Shown here: one piece after another, positions 21,491 through 33,499 of the stretch
Layout: every line of letters starts with the position of its first letter
Position numbering within the stretch: position 1 is the stretch's first letter
Source: Octopus sinensis
Taxonomy: Eukaryota
Reading direction: 5' to 3'
Assembly: GCF_006345805.1 (NCBI RefSeq)
Contig: NW_021836179.1
Location: 186,001 to 250,000, forward strand
Length of the DNA: 64,000 nucleotides
The notes under the pieces: model-generated
The model's input: only the letters and a program-made list of their open reading frames with translations
The model's database searches: none
Told to the model about the DNA's origin: nothing
Translations under genes and position numbers: made by a program

Positions 21491-21875
21491 AGACCAGCAG
21501 TCGCCCATGCATACCAGCCTTTACCACCAGATCAGTAATGACTGAGCAGACTTATGATTAAAAAACATTCCATCCATGACTATCCTGTTTTTCCTTCTGA
21601 CATCCAGGATTACATCAGCAAGTACAGTCATCAATTTTCAGGACCAGAAGGTTTAAATTGAATAGAATTTAGCTGTTGTTACTAGCACATGAAGTGACCA
21701 TGTATGGATCAAACAAAGAGAGAAATGGTGATGAACAAGTAAAATTCAACTGAATATATTCTTTTCTTCTTTTGCATGTTTCAGTCATTTGACTGCGGCC
21801 ATGCTGGAGCACACACATTAAAGGATTTTAGTAAAGAGCAATTTCAACTGTGAGTTGATTTTAGGGACGTCGATT

Positions 21876-22300
21876 GTCGATTTCCGTAAAAAATGTAAAC
21901 ACTGAATCGGCCATACATACATACACACACACATACATAGATACATACACACACACACATACACCGAGTAAAAAATTACACTGAATCGGCCATACATACA
22001 CACACATAGATACATACACACATACATAGATACATACACACACACACATACACCGAGTAAAAAATTTCGGTTATCTCTCTCTTTCACACATTATTCTCTC
22101 TTCGCACACACTAACAGAAGCACTTCACTTACACAACATACTGTCTGTCTCCCACACCACATCAAACACACACACGGGGACTTCAAAAAGAAATTCCCTC
22201 GTCATAAAATCGCTTCCTCTTAGTCTCTTTCGCTCTCATTACTTCAAATATTCCCGCAAAGCCATATGTAAAAAAATAAAAGTTTTTTACGGAAATCGAC
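21876..22300. repeat. Segment bounded by an 18-bp perfect inverted repeat, with internal tandem CA-rich units
   Basis: GTCGATTTCCGTAAAAAA (21876-21893) and its reverse complement (22283-22300); two units starting ACACTGAATCGGCCATAC inside. Confidence 0.6.
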
Positions 22301-22519
22301 TGAAACGTGTGCTACTACAAACGAAACATTGCCTTTGGCGATCCTTCGGTATAGGTACACACGTGACTTTGTTTACATTTCTGAAAATAAGAGACCCCCC
22401 CCCCATATATAAAAAAACCTCTTCAAATGTATCCGGTACTTTTGGTACTTATACCGAAGTTAGGCCAAATTGTTTACCTTGAGTGCGCGCACCTACACCA
22501 CTTTTCTTAAATAGTACCC

Positions 22520-23170
22520 ATCTGTTCTTTGGTGAAACTTAGTCTAACTTTGGAAGATTCTGCTCAACATCGCTCACTGAAGCGTAGTGTTGTGTGCTCT
22601 GGAGGAGGAAAACAATCCGAATTAGATATGACCAGAGAAGCTAAAGAGACGGGGGCGACAGAAAGGAAGGCCACAGTCCCTCAGGACCCACAAAGTGTAA
22701 AGATGAAAACCTGGTCATCTTCGAAGAAAGGAAGGGCGGAACCGAATACTCGATACACGGTGTAAGTATTCCCGGATTTCTGGAAGCCGGATAAAAAATC
22801 CGGCACGTACGATCGATCGATAGATAGGTGTGGATATCTTACCTGTTATGCTACACAAATCAATATTTAGAGTGAAAATATATTTACTCAAACCCAAATC
22901 TCCGTCAAGACATACAAAAACACGTTACGGTTCTTCTCCCGCGTCAGGCAGGATGAAGCGGAAACGGAAGTGTGGGGTGTCATGTGACAAACGTAATCCG
23001 CCCGTTCTCTACTAAATAAAACCAATAATGTCAAGATCAGGTGGGGAGGAAGAAATAATATTTTGATGCAAATCACCATGGTTACCGTGGTTAATATCTC
23101 GGCTGTGATAAACGAATGTTCATTATTGTTACCGTTGGCCTTGCTGACGATATTTTAAAAGATGGGATCT
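22520..23170 (-). promoter_or_regulatory. Putative promoter/exon 1 and start of intron 1 of ZNF-3
   Basis: Octamer, GC box, GTCACATGAC (22979-22988) and CACTTCCG. The GTGAGT donor is mutated to TTGAGT, but CAG|GTAAGA (~22843) is intact. Single copy of the 240-bp unit. Confidence 0.6.
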
Positions 23171-23180
23171 TTTCCGTTTG

Positions 23181-23560
23181 ACCGGCAGTTTTTAAAAATA
23201 ATTTCCACCTAACTAAACACTTTCAAACTTCGTTTTCTGGTAGAATGTGTTTATAAAACATCTTTTTCTCTTGGCTTTATTGAGAAAATTCTATAGTTTG
23301 TAAGATATTTGTTGTTGTTTTTTTCTCCAATTTCTGCAATTTCAACCAATCAATGACGTCTATTGAGGTGAAAACATTCTGTGCCGTATGAATATGTCCC
23401 TCGTTTAAGAAACTGATTGGGTTTATTTACATTTCTGAAGAAAAAAAGATACCCTTCCCCCCACCCCTAACCCTAAAAGAGATTGAAATGCAATAGATCG
23501 TTTCAAGGGTCATAATTATGGGTGACAATTTCATATGACACCGCTAGAAAAAACTGCCGT
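23181..23560. mobile_element. MITE with ~12-bp TIRs
   Basis: CCGGCAGTTTTT ... AAAAAACTGCCGT termini with an internal CCCTAACCCTAA. Confidence 0.65.
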
Positions 23561-24049
23561 AAATAATATTTAATCAACTTATCCATTCTGTAGCTTTTAA
23601 CTAATACATTGTTCCTACACCTGTATTTGTCTTTTTTTTTTTTTTGTAAATTTGAACCATATACCTGTTTGTGTGATTGGATGGATGCATGGACGGACGA
23701 ACAGACAGTCTCTCTACAGAGAGTGTTACTTTTCACTCGCAACCACTTTTATTAAATAGGATCATATTCGGAATAGGCAGAGTGAATGCAGAAAGAAGTA
23801 GGAGCACCTGATTTTAATTTGTGATAAAACAAGATAACAATCCTTAATTGTAAGTCATGCTCAGTTTTCTTAAAATAACAAGTCACCAGAAAATAAATGG
23901 AATAAACTGATATTATCAAATGGTACGGCAACACCTGACAAGTAAACAATCCCATGGGGTAAACAATGTTGTCAAATGGTGCCAGCTCACTCGAGGGGTC
24001 AGTCACGCTGTCCATTGATGTTATTCAACATTAATATTGGCTTACACAC

Positions 24050-25660
24050 TCATGTTTTGTAATTAATCTTCTTTCCTCTAGAGTGAATTTGTTTATGTCT
24101 TTTTAAATGATTATTTCTGTTGAATGATTTCCCACACACTTCACAGTGATATGGCCTTTCTCCGGTGTGGCTAAGTTTGTGGGCAATTAGACTAGAATTA
24201 GCACAGAAGGATTTCCCACATATCTCACAGTGATAAGGCTTTTCGCCGGTGTGGATTCGTTGGTGAGTAGTCAGATCTCTACTGGTCGCAAAACACTTCC
24301 CACACACGTCACAACTGAAAGGCCTTTCTCCAGAGTGCGTCCTTTTGTGTCTGTTTAAATCACTGTTGTTGACAAAAGATTTCTCACACATTTCACAGCG
24401 GAAAGGCTTTTCTCCAGAATGTATCAGCTTGTGTTTTGTTAAATTACTGTTGGAGGCAAAAGATTTCCCACAGATCTCGCAATAAAATGGCTTTTCTCCA
24501 GTGTGACTACGAATGTGTAAAATGAGATAAGAGTTATTTATGTAAGACTTGCCACATATTTCACAGTGAAACAGTTTTTCACCAGTGTGTGATATTTTAT
24601 GTGTTTTTAATTGACTTTTAGTAGTAAATGATTTTTCACAAATCTCACAGGCGAAAGGTTTTTCTCCAATATGACTACGTATGTGTATTACAAGAGAAGA
24701 GTTATTTATGTAAGATTTACCACAGATTTCACAGTGAAATGGCTTTTCCCCAGTGTGACTAATTTTATGAGTTTTTAAGTGACTGTTAGTAATAAAACAT
24801 TTCCCACAGATTTCACAGTGGAAAGGTTTATCTCCAGAGTGGATTCGTTTGTGTCTGTTTACATAACTATTATCAACAAAGGACTTTCCGCAGATTTCAC
24901 AGCAATAAGGTTTTTCTCCAGTGTGGCTACGTTTGTGGACTACAAGACGAGAATTATTAAGAAATGATTTCCCACAGATTTCACATTTAAACAGTTTCTC
25001 TTTAATATGCTTTCTTCTGTGTGCTGCTAAATCGCTATTATCAACAAAACACTTTTCACACATTTCACAATAAAACGGTTTTCCTCCACTGTGCATTCGT
25101 CTATGTTTTGTTAAATTCCTCTTATAGACGAATGATTCCCCACAGATTTCACAATGAAAAGGTTTCTCACCTGTGTGAATTCTTCTGTGAACTCCAAGGT
25201 TGGAATTTTCAGAGAAGCACTTCCCACATATTTCACAACTATACGGTTTTTCCCCTGTGTGGACTCTCATATGAACTCCAAGATTAGAATTATCAGAGAA
25301 TGATTTGCCACAGATTTCACAGCGGAAAGGTTTCTCTCCATTGTGGATTCTGGTATGTTTTGTTAATTTACTTTTAGAAACAAAATATTTCTCACAAATA
25401 TCACAATGGAACTGTTCTTCCTTCTTGTGTATTTCTCTGTGCGAGATGACCTCCTCTTCTGAAGAGAATATCTTCCTACAAATCTCACAGAAATATTCAG
25501 GAACATTTTTCTCTACAACTTTCTCATCCCCGTCTGTCTCTCTAACTGTATCTATATTGTTAATAACAGTTGTGCTAGAAATATCCAAATCATCAACGTT
25601 CTCCATATCAATTCTTGAACAATTCTTAAAGCTGACAAATGTCTGTGAGTCAATCTCCAA
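24050..25660 (-). CDS. C2H2 zinc-finger protein, 17 fingers, acidic N-terminal leader (ZNF-4); start homologous to ZNF-5 at 25606
   Basis: 536-aa ORF; MENVDDLD..ETDGDEK leader, then 17 CxxC..HxxxH units. Confidence 0.96.
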   Translation of the reverse strand: MEIDSQTFVSFKNCSRIDMENVDDLDISSTTVINNIDTVRETDGDEKVVEKNVPEYFCEICRKIFSSEEEVISHREIHKKEEQFHCDICEKYFVSKSKLTKHTRIHNGEKPFRCEICGKSFSDNSNLGVHMRVHTGEKPYSCEICGKCFSENSNLGVHRRIHTGEKPFHCEICGESFVYKRNLTKHRRMHSGGKPFYCEMCEKCFVDNSDLAAHRRKHIKEKLFKCEICGKSFLNNSRLVVHKRSHTGEKPYCCEICGKSFVDNSYVNRHKRIHSGDKPFHCEICGKCFITNSHLKTHKISHTGEKPFHCEICGKSYINNSSLVIHIRSHIGEKPFACEICEKSFTTKSQLKTHKISHTGEKLFHCEICGKSYINNSYLILHIRSHTGEKPFYCEICGKSFASNSNLTKHKLIHSGEKPFRCEMCEKSFVNNSDLNRHKRTHSGERPFSCDVCGKCFATSRDLTTHQRIHTGEKPYHCEICGKSFCANSSLIAHKLSHTGERPYHCEVCGKSFNRNNHLKRHKQIHSRGKKINYKT

Positions 25661-27164
25661 TGGTTCAGTTTCTTGTCTTAGATATCACAGGCCTATGTTT
25701 ACATGTAAGGAACAGATGTAACGTAGATATATTTTCTACTCACCAGTAAAATGTTTTATTGCTGACTGGGTCAATTCCATGTGGTTCACATATCGATGTA
25801 GACAAAGACTTTCTATTTCCTAATTAGAAATTAAAGGAATGACTGTAGCACCTCGGCGAAATTTGAGAGATGCTGTAATGAAGCGACCATTTAGCATTAC
25901 TCAAAAGCATGAAAATATATGAATGTCTAACAGCGATGACGAACCAAGAAAATAAGTGTGTGAGTGTGTATATAATATTTTACTCGATAAATAAGTGTGT
26001 ATATGCATACACAGGTACAAGTATTGTCCAATAAATGAGGATTGCTTCCGAGGAATAACCGAATAATATAACAATAGAATAAATGTTTTCAGCTTGAGGG
26101 ATGAGAAAAGTTCATGGATTGATTAGTTGCTGATTAAAAACCAATTAAAGTTGTGATCAAACGAAACATTTAATCACGAAGGTGATGGACCAGCGACCTC
26201 GAAGCATCTAGATCGCCCTATCTTATCCACAAACTTTAACGTTCGCCTTACCACGAGATAATTACTACACATCATGTAATTAGATTCACACAAATAATTA
26301 GCAACACAAGGAGACGGTGTCGTTGATAATTTCCCCCTCGTTTGAATGACACCGGTGATGTACTTTAAAAGTTTCTGACGTAATATAGTTCTTTTTTTTT
26401 TTTTGACAGAAATTCCGATACAATCGTAATCTATATCTGAAAGGTATTTGTGGAAATTTTGGATCATAAAATTCCTTGATGTAAAGATCTTTACACGCAA
26501 TCTGTTGACAAAGGCAAAGACACTAACCATAAAATATGTTGATAGATAAACGTTTAACCATACAAAAATGCACACACACACACACACACGCGGTCTATCT
26601 TACAGACTGTTCAAGAAACACAAGCATACATGTTCTCGTTCTCCCTCTCTTTTTCACACACACATTTCCATCTATCTTCGTGGTAAGATGTTTTAAATGT
26701 ATTAAATTATGTTGGGAACTTTTAATATACGTCACCGGTGTAATTCAAAACAAGGAAAAATTATCAATGACACCGCCCACTGTGTCTCTAATTAGTTGAG
26801 CCTAATTTTATTAAGACGCGATGTAGTAATTATCTCGCGATAAGGAGAACATTAATGTTTGTGTATAAAATTGGGCGAACTATATTTGATCACAGCCTTC
26901 GTTAATTGGTCGTTCCCTGTTTTACAGGAAAGAGGAAATGGCTTTTAATCAACAACAAATCAATCAACGAACTTACCTCAGCCTTCCTTACTTTTCATTT
27001 GGACTTTATACCAAACATTCTACTGGTGAGTAGGAAATACATCTACATTGCATCTGTTCCACACTTGTAAACGGAGGACTGTGATATCTAAGACAAGAAA
27101 TTGAACCACAATAGATTAACGCACGGACGTTTGTCTACTTTTTAAGAATTCCTCAAGAAATAAT

Positions 27165-28532
27165 ATGGAGAACGTTGATCACTTGGACACAATTGTTTTG
27201 AACGATACAGATACAGATCGAGAGACAGATGGAGATGAGAATGTAGAGAAAAATATTCCTGAATATCGCTGTGAGATTTGTAGAAAGACATTCTCTTCAG
27301 AAGATGAAGTCGTCACACACAAAGAAATACACAGGAAGGAAAAACCGTTTCATTGTGAAATATGTGGGAAATATTTTGCCTCAAACTGTTATTTAATAAG
27401 TCACAGAAGAATTCATACTGGAGAGAAACCATTCCGTTGTGAGATCTGTGGGAAATCTTTTACTCAGAATTCGAATCTTTTAGTTCACAAAAAAATACAT
27501 AGTGGGGAAAAAGCGTTCCATTGCGAATCCTGTGGGAAATCTTTTGCTCAGAACGGTCATCTTGTCAACCACATACGCAGTCACACGGGAGAAAAAGCCT
27601 TCCACTGTGAAATTTGTGGGAAATCTTTCTCTCAGAATGGTCATCGGGTGAAGCACATTCGTAGCCACACTGGAGAAAAACCCTTTAGTTGTGACATATG
27701 TGGTAAATCCTTTTCTGATAATTCCAGTGTTGTAGTTCACAAACGTAGCCACACGGGAGAGAAACCGTTTCATTGTAAAATCTGCGAGAAATCATTTGTT
27801 TCTCATGGAAGTTTAACAAAGCACAATATAATACACTCTGGAAAGAAACAATTTCACTGTGAAATCTGTGGTAAATCTTTTAATCAGAATTCACATCTTG
27901 TTAGTCACAAACGTAGTCACACTGGCGAAAAATCCTTCCATTGTGACATATGCGGAAAATCTTTCGCTCAGAATTCTCGTCTTGTTATCCACACACGTAG
28001 CCATACCGGAGAAAAACCTTTTCACTGTGAAATTTGTGGTAAATCATTCTGTGACCATTCTAGTCTTGTAGTTCACAAACGTAGCCACACTGGAGAAAAA
28101 CCGTATTGCTGTGATACATGCGGGAAATCATTCGTTTCAAACAGTATTTTAACAAAACACAAAATGGTACACACTGGGGAAAAGCGGTTTCCTTGTGAAA
28201 TATGTGGAAGACCTTTCATTAATAATCCAAGCCTTCTTAATCACAAACGTATTCATACAGGAGAAAAAGCCTTCCACTGCAAAATCTGTGGAAGATCTTT
28301 CACTCAGAATTCCCATCTTGCTATCCATACTCGTAGTCACACTGGAGAGAAACCCTTCCATTGTGAGACATGTGGTAAATCATTCTCTGATAAATCTTGT
28401 CTTGTAATTCACAAACGAAGCCATACTGGAGAAAAACCATTTCACTGTGAGATATGCCAGAAATCTTTTGTCTCCAACAGTAGTTTAACAAAACACAAAC
28501 AAATACACGCAAGAGAAAAACTTTCCTTGTGA
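27165..28532 (+). CDS. C2H2 zinc-finger protein, 15 fingers, acidic N-terminal leader (ZNF-5)
   Basis: 455-aa ORF; MENVDHLD..ETDGDEN leader, then 15 fingers. Confidence 0.96.
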   Translation: MENVDHLDTIVLNDTDTDRETDGDENVEKNIPEYRCEICRKTFSSEDEVVTHKEIHRKEKPFHCEICGKYFASNCYLISHRRIHTGEKPFRCEICGKSFTQNSNLLVHKKIHSGEKAFHCESCGKSFAQNGHLVNHIRSHTGEKAFHCEICGKSFSQNGHRVKHIRSHTGEKPFSCDICGKSFSDNSSVVVHKRSHTGEKPFHCKICEKSFVSHGSLTKHNIIHSGKKQFHCEICGKSFNQNSHLVSHKRSHTGEKSFHCDICGKSFAQNSRLVIHTRSHTGEKPFHCEICGKSFCDHSSLVVHKRSHTGEKPYCCDTCGKSFVSNSILTKHKMVHTGEKRFPCEICGRPFINNPSLLNHKRIHTGEKAFHCKICGRSFTQNSHLAIHTRSHTGEKPFHCETCGKSFSDKSCLVIHKRSHTGEKPFHCEICQKSFVSNSSLTKHKQIHAREKLSL

Positions 28533-28769
28533 AATGTGTAAGACTAGGGAAGAAAAAAAAGAAATTTATTTCTGTTTAGCTTTGTGTATACATACACTAC
28601 ATGTGTGTACATGTTGTGTTGGTGTATACATATTTGTTTATCCAATTTGGAAAAATGGAAGCAGATGTAAGACGTGTCATGGGACTTTTATGTTAAATAC
28701 TGCTTTTGCTGTTGAAACTTTTGTCAAGAATCACGAGGCGTTCATAATTATGATACATATCTCTTTTAC

Positions 28770-28948
28770 TGTTTTACTTGTTTCAGTCATTTGACTGCGG
28801 CCATGCTGGAGCACTGCCTTTAGTCGAGCAAATCGACCCCCGAGACTTATTCTATCGGTCTCCTTTTGCCGAACCGCTAAGTTACGGAGGACGTGAACAC
28901 ACCAGCATCGGTTGTCAAGCAATGATAGGTGGACAAACACAGACACAC

Positions 28949-28991
<43 letters not shown>

Positions 28992-29162
28992 CATGTATAC
29001 GACAGGCTTCTTTCAGCTTCCGTCTACCAAATCCACTCACAAGGCATTGGTCGGCCTGGGGCTCTAACAGAAGACACTTGCCCAAGATGCCATGCAGTGG
29101 GACTGAACCCGGAACCATGTGGCTGGTTAGCAAGCTACTTACCACACAGCCACTCCTGCGCA
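28770..29162 (-). mobile_element. (TA)n-core SINE
   Basis: Full consensus in reverse complement. Confidence 0.88.
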
Positions 29163-29389
29163 TATATCATAAGCATCAAAATGAGAAGAGGACAAATACT
29201 ATTATTTGATAAAGCCTTTTATTTTCGTTGTTACACTGTAAGGCACAACTTCATTTAGTAGTTGTTATATAAGGATTATTTGCAGCTCTGTTATCCATTC
29301 TGTAGGTGGTTAACGTCATCTTCTGTTGACTGCTAGAAGCAGAGGAACAAAATAAGAAAAAGGGAAAAAAAAAATCAATTGAACACCAA

Positions 29390-29600
29390 GGGTCTCGGTT
29401 GGTTGCACAACACAAGGTCCAATGGAACCTACTGAAGCAAGCGAATACCCTTGCGATATTATCGTGGGTAATGGCAACACGAAGATGTTGGAAAAGCGAA
29501 GGACCCTCGTGGGCATCTCTTGACACCTCGGTAAGGCGAGCTGCCAATGATGGCGAGAACTTCATTGTTAGCAGCTCAGCCCTTCCAAAAGATCCCAATG
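29390..29600 (-). mobile_element. CRE-clade non-LTR retrotransposon C-terminal relic
   Basis: GSFG..LAARLTEVSRDAHEGPSLFQHLRVAITHDNIARVF resembles the L..ATGDPRE..FLFQRLSVAIQRGNAA terminal motif of CRE elements. Confidence 0.55.
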
Positions 29601-29714
29601 AAAATATAACTCAACCCCGCCCCCTCCCCCCTCTCTCTCACTGCAATTATAGCAATCTCCAGCAGACAGAGCTGATGTAAGAAGGCATTCATCACTTACA
29701 GTCTCTTAGAAAAA

Positions 29715-30130
29715 AAAAGGGCTAGCTGGCAGAATCGTTAGAACACTGGGCGAAATGCGTAGTCGTATTTCGTCTGCCGTTACGTTCTGAGTTCAAATTC
29801 CGCCAAGGTCGACTTTGCCTTTCATCCTTTCGGGGTTGATAAATTAAGTACCAGTTACGCACCGGGGTCGATATAATCGACTTAATCCCTTTGCCTGTCC
29901 TTGTTTGTCCCCTCTATGTTTAGCCACTTGTGGGTAGTAAAGAAATACGTATTTCGTCTGTCGTTACGTTCTGAGTTCAAATTCAGCCGAGGTCGACTTT
30001 GCCTTTCATCCTTCCGGGGTCGATAAATTAAGTACCTGTTACGCACTGGGGTCGATATAATCGACTTAATCCCTTTGTCTGTCCTTGTTTGTCCCCTCTA
30101 TGTTTAGCCCCTTGTGGGTAGTAAAGAAAC
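29715..30130 (+). mobile_element. Two tandem Deu/Nin-domain SINE copies
   Basis: Nin core repeated at ~29810 and ~29990. Confidence 0.88.
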
Positions 30131-30286
30131 ACTTACAGTCTCTTAGAAATGCACAAACAAATACACACCGAAGGAGAGTCTTGTAACTGAAATATGAGGA
30201 ATCGTTCTCCTACAATTCTAAAATTATCCACCAATCTGTACACATTGAAGAACATTTGGCCGAATTTTGGTTTAAGTACCCCAAGA

Positions 30287-30800
30287 TCATCATCATCATC
30301 ATTGTTCGACCGTGGTCGAGACAATGGAATTTACCATGCTACGCCAGACTTCAAGGTCCATCATGGCATTACGGAGGTCCTGTTGCTAGATGCCTGTATC
30401 CCTGGAGATTACATCAGGGTAGGAGAGTGTGCGCCCTCTGGTATTGAGAGTAGATGGCTTCCAGAGGAGAAGAGTAGAAATTACCTCTTTTTCAGCTCTA
30501 CAACAATGTCCAGCAAACTGGACTCTCTTACCTTTCACAAGAGATGACACAGGTGGTAGTTTCCCATATATTTGCATTTTGGTTGGATGGTGCTTCCACG
30601 AAAGATTTTGAGCTCTGATAAGGAGGCGAGTGTAGGTTCCATCCAACCGCCTCTCAAGCTTCTTTGATAACGTCCAGGTTTCTGAGCCATATAGTAGAAT
30701 TGGTTCAACTGTGGCTTTGAAGATTTCAAGTTTGAAGTCTCTACTTAGATTTGATGACCAGATCTTATGCATGTCATTACAGGCTGACCAGGCCATACCC
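30287..30800 (-). mobile_element. RTE LINE 3' end with (GAT)n tail
   Basis: KATVEPILLYGSETWTLSKKLERRLDGTYTRLL..QFAGHC; tail at 30287-30302. Confidence 0.88.
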
Positions 30801-31882
30801 TTTCTAGTTAGAAAATCTTTTCCAGATGATGATATGTATGACCCAAGATATTTGTAATCAGAACCCCATATAACACTTCATAGCTTTTTCTATTTTTGTA
30901 ATCTTCACAAAGTTTTTGTGAATTTATCTTCTACACGAATAAATATGATTATAAAAAAAGTTTTTTTTTAATTTTTTAAACCTTTTTCCCTATGAGTTCC
31001 ATTCTTTTTCACTAATTTGTTTTAAATGAGAGATTAAAATATGGAGAGTCTGAAATTTTTGCTTAAATCCCAGCAGTGGATCATGCTTAGTTGTACCATC
31101 ATCATCATCATCATCATCATCATCGTTTAACGTCCGTTTTCCATGCTAGCATGGGTTGGACGGTTTAACTGGGGTCTGGGAAGCCAGAAGGCTGCACCAG
31201 GCCCAGTCTGATCTGGCAGAGTTTCTACGGCTGGATGCCCTTCCTAACGCCAACCACTCCGTGAGTGTAGTGGATGCTTTTTGTGTGTCACCGGCACAGG
31301 TGCCAGATGTGGCTGGCAAACGGCCACGATTGGATTGGTGCATTTTACGGGGGCCAGGCGAGGCTTGCACGGCCACAATCGGATGGTGCTTTGGGGAGAA
31401 AAAATTTTGAGTAGCATCCATACAGGTCAGAGTGACAAAGAAATGGGGAAAGTATCAGGTGGTCGTGAGATGTGCTTAAAACAACAGCTAAATCACCTTT
31501 CATAATCATGAATTCCCATGTGCTTGAGAAGAAGAGCAATTAAGCCAGTCGTAGCAGATACTGGTGTCATACAAATGGCCCCTGTGCCAGTGGCATGTAG
31601 AAGCACCCATTACACTCTTGGAGTGGTTGGCATTAGGAAGGGCATCCAGCTGTAGAAACCATGCCAAATGAGACTGGGGTCTGGTGCAGCCTTCCAGCCT
31701 TGGTCAAATTATCCAACACCTGCCAGTATGGACAACCAGTGTTAAATGATTGTGTGTGTGTGTGTGGGGGGGGTATAAAGGGTACTTAAAGCAGAATTCT
31801 GCTGAATATTTATTATATTGAAACAACATGTTTCACCATTCTGTTTGAATTTTCATGTGGTTGTTTACAAACCTCCTCTCGT

Positions 31883-32887
31883 TTAACCCTTTTGTTTACC
31901 ATATTTCTGTTGAGATGTTTTGTTTTTTTTTTTCAATTAGCTTTGAAGATAACTAAGAATTTAGTAAGTCGTTGCCAGTGCCGCCCCGACTGGCTTCCGT
32001 GCCGGTGGCATGTAAAAAGCACCATCCGATCGTGGCCGTTGCCAGCCTCTCTTGGCCCCCCGTGCTGGTGGCATGTAAAAAGCACCATCTGTCCGTGGCC
32101 GTTTGCTAGCCCCGTCTGGCACGTAAAAATCACCCACTACACTCACGGAGTGGTTGGCGTTAGGAAGGGCATCCAGCCGTAGAAACATTGCCAGATCAGA
32201 CTGGAGTCTGGTGCAGCCTTCTGGCTTCCCAGACCCCAGTTGAACCATCTAACCCATGCTAGCATGGAAAGCGGATGCTAAATGATGATGATGATCAGCA
32301 TTCAGCTAGTGTTGGGAACATAAGTTGTAACTAAGGTTTGGTGGAAGATTATATAAGGTAACGCCAGCTCCGCCACATGACTTTTAGAGGCTCTCTGCAA
32401 CTTTTTGAGGCCCCATCCCTTCAATCAAAATTCATCATCGACGCACCTTTTATTCATAGCTATATTTTACTTTATTCTATTTGAAGTTCAATATTTCATG
32501 TTATCTGAAAGAACATCTCTAACCCTTTCGTTACTGTATTTATTTTGAGATCCTCTGTATTTCTTTCAATTACTTTAAATATAACAAAGAATTTAGTAAA
32601 AGAGCTTAGTTATCATTAAGCTAGTGTTAGGAACACAATTTGTAACTAAGGTTTGGTGGAAGATTTTAATTCAAAACTTATGAAAACAAGACATTTGTAC
32701 TCAGAGCCAGAGGTGGTTTCCGCCGGGTTGGTATCAAAAGGGTTAAGAATTGTTTCTCTATTATATATTTTAACCCTTTTGTTACCATATTTCTGCTGAG
32801 ATGCTCTGTGTTTCTTTCAATTAATTTTAAATATAACAAAGAATTTAGTAAAAGAGCTTAGTTATCATTAAGCTAGTCTTAGGAACA
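31883..32887 (+). mobile_element. Three piggyBac-type MITE copies (31883-32350 SINE-interrupted; 32520-32746 complete; 32770-32887 truncated)
   Basis: TTAACCCTTT.. starts and an ..AAAGGGTTAA end; shared internal sequence. Confidence 0.75.
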
Positions 32888-33069
32888 GCTTGACCTGTCT
32901 TATCCACAAACATTAACGTTCACCTCAACACAAGATAATCAGAATATAATTATGACATGATTAAATTAAATCAAGATGATGTTAACCAAATCAATTTTGC
33001 TTCTTCTCTTTCTTTATTGGCGTATAATATAACAGTATCTTCTTCCGAATATCCATGAATCACAGTTTC

Positions 33070-33495
33070 AAGACACATTGAAACTCCGACGTCTGGCAGC
33101 TGACTTGGCAGACACCCATAAAATTATCAACCATCGCACAAACAGTAACTCTGAGCACCTTTTCAAACTCCCGTGGACATATTTACAAAGTCAGAAAACA
33201 GCACAGCTCCCATAACTTCAGGAAACGTTTTTTCACATTAAGAGTTGCTGAAGTATGGAACAAACTGCCGGCATCAGTTGTTAGTTGTCGGAGCACTGCA
33301 TCCTTCAAAACTTCCATGCTTCCTGAGATTCGCCAACACTACACTTGATCTTTCTCCCCTCCATACACACACAAGCATGTATCTGACTCATACATTGTTC
33401 GCTTTCCAGACATTTCTACATTACTGCATGTACTTTATATGCACTTTCTGACAAGTTGTGGTGCACCTGAGCACTGGATACAATAATTTCATTAT
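33070..33495 (+). mobile_element. CR1-like LINE 3' fragment
   Basis: RRLAADLADTHKIIN..FFTLRVAEVWNKLPASVV. Confidence 0.85.
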
Positions 33496-33499
33496 ATAT

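Noticed and set aside
24779-25721. ORFs antisense to or overlapping the ZNF genes (also 27480-28512)
   Set aside because: By-products of the repetitive ZNF codon structure; no independent coding signal.
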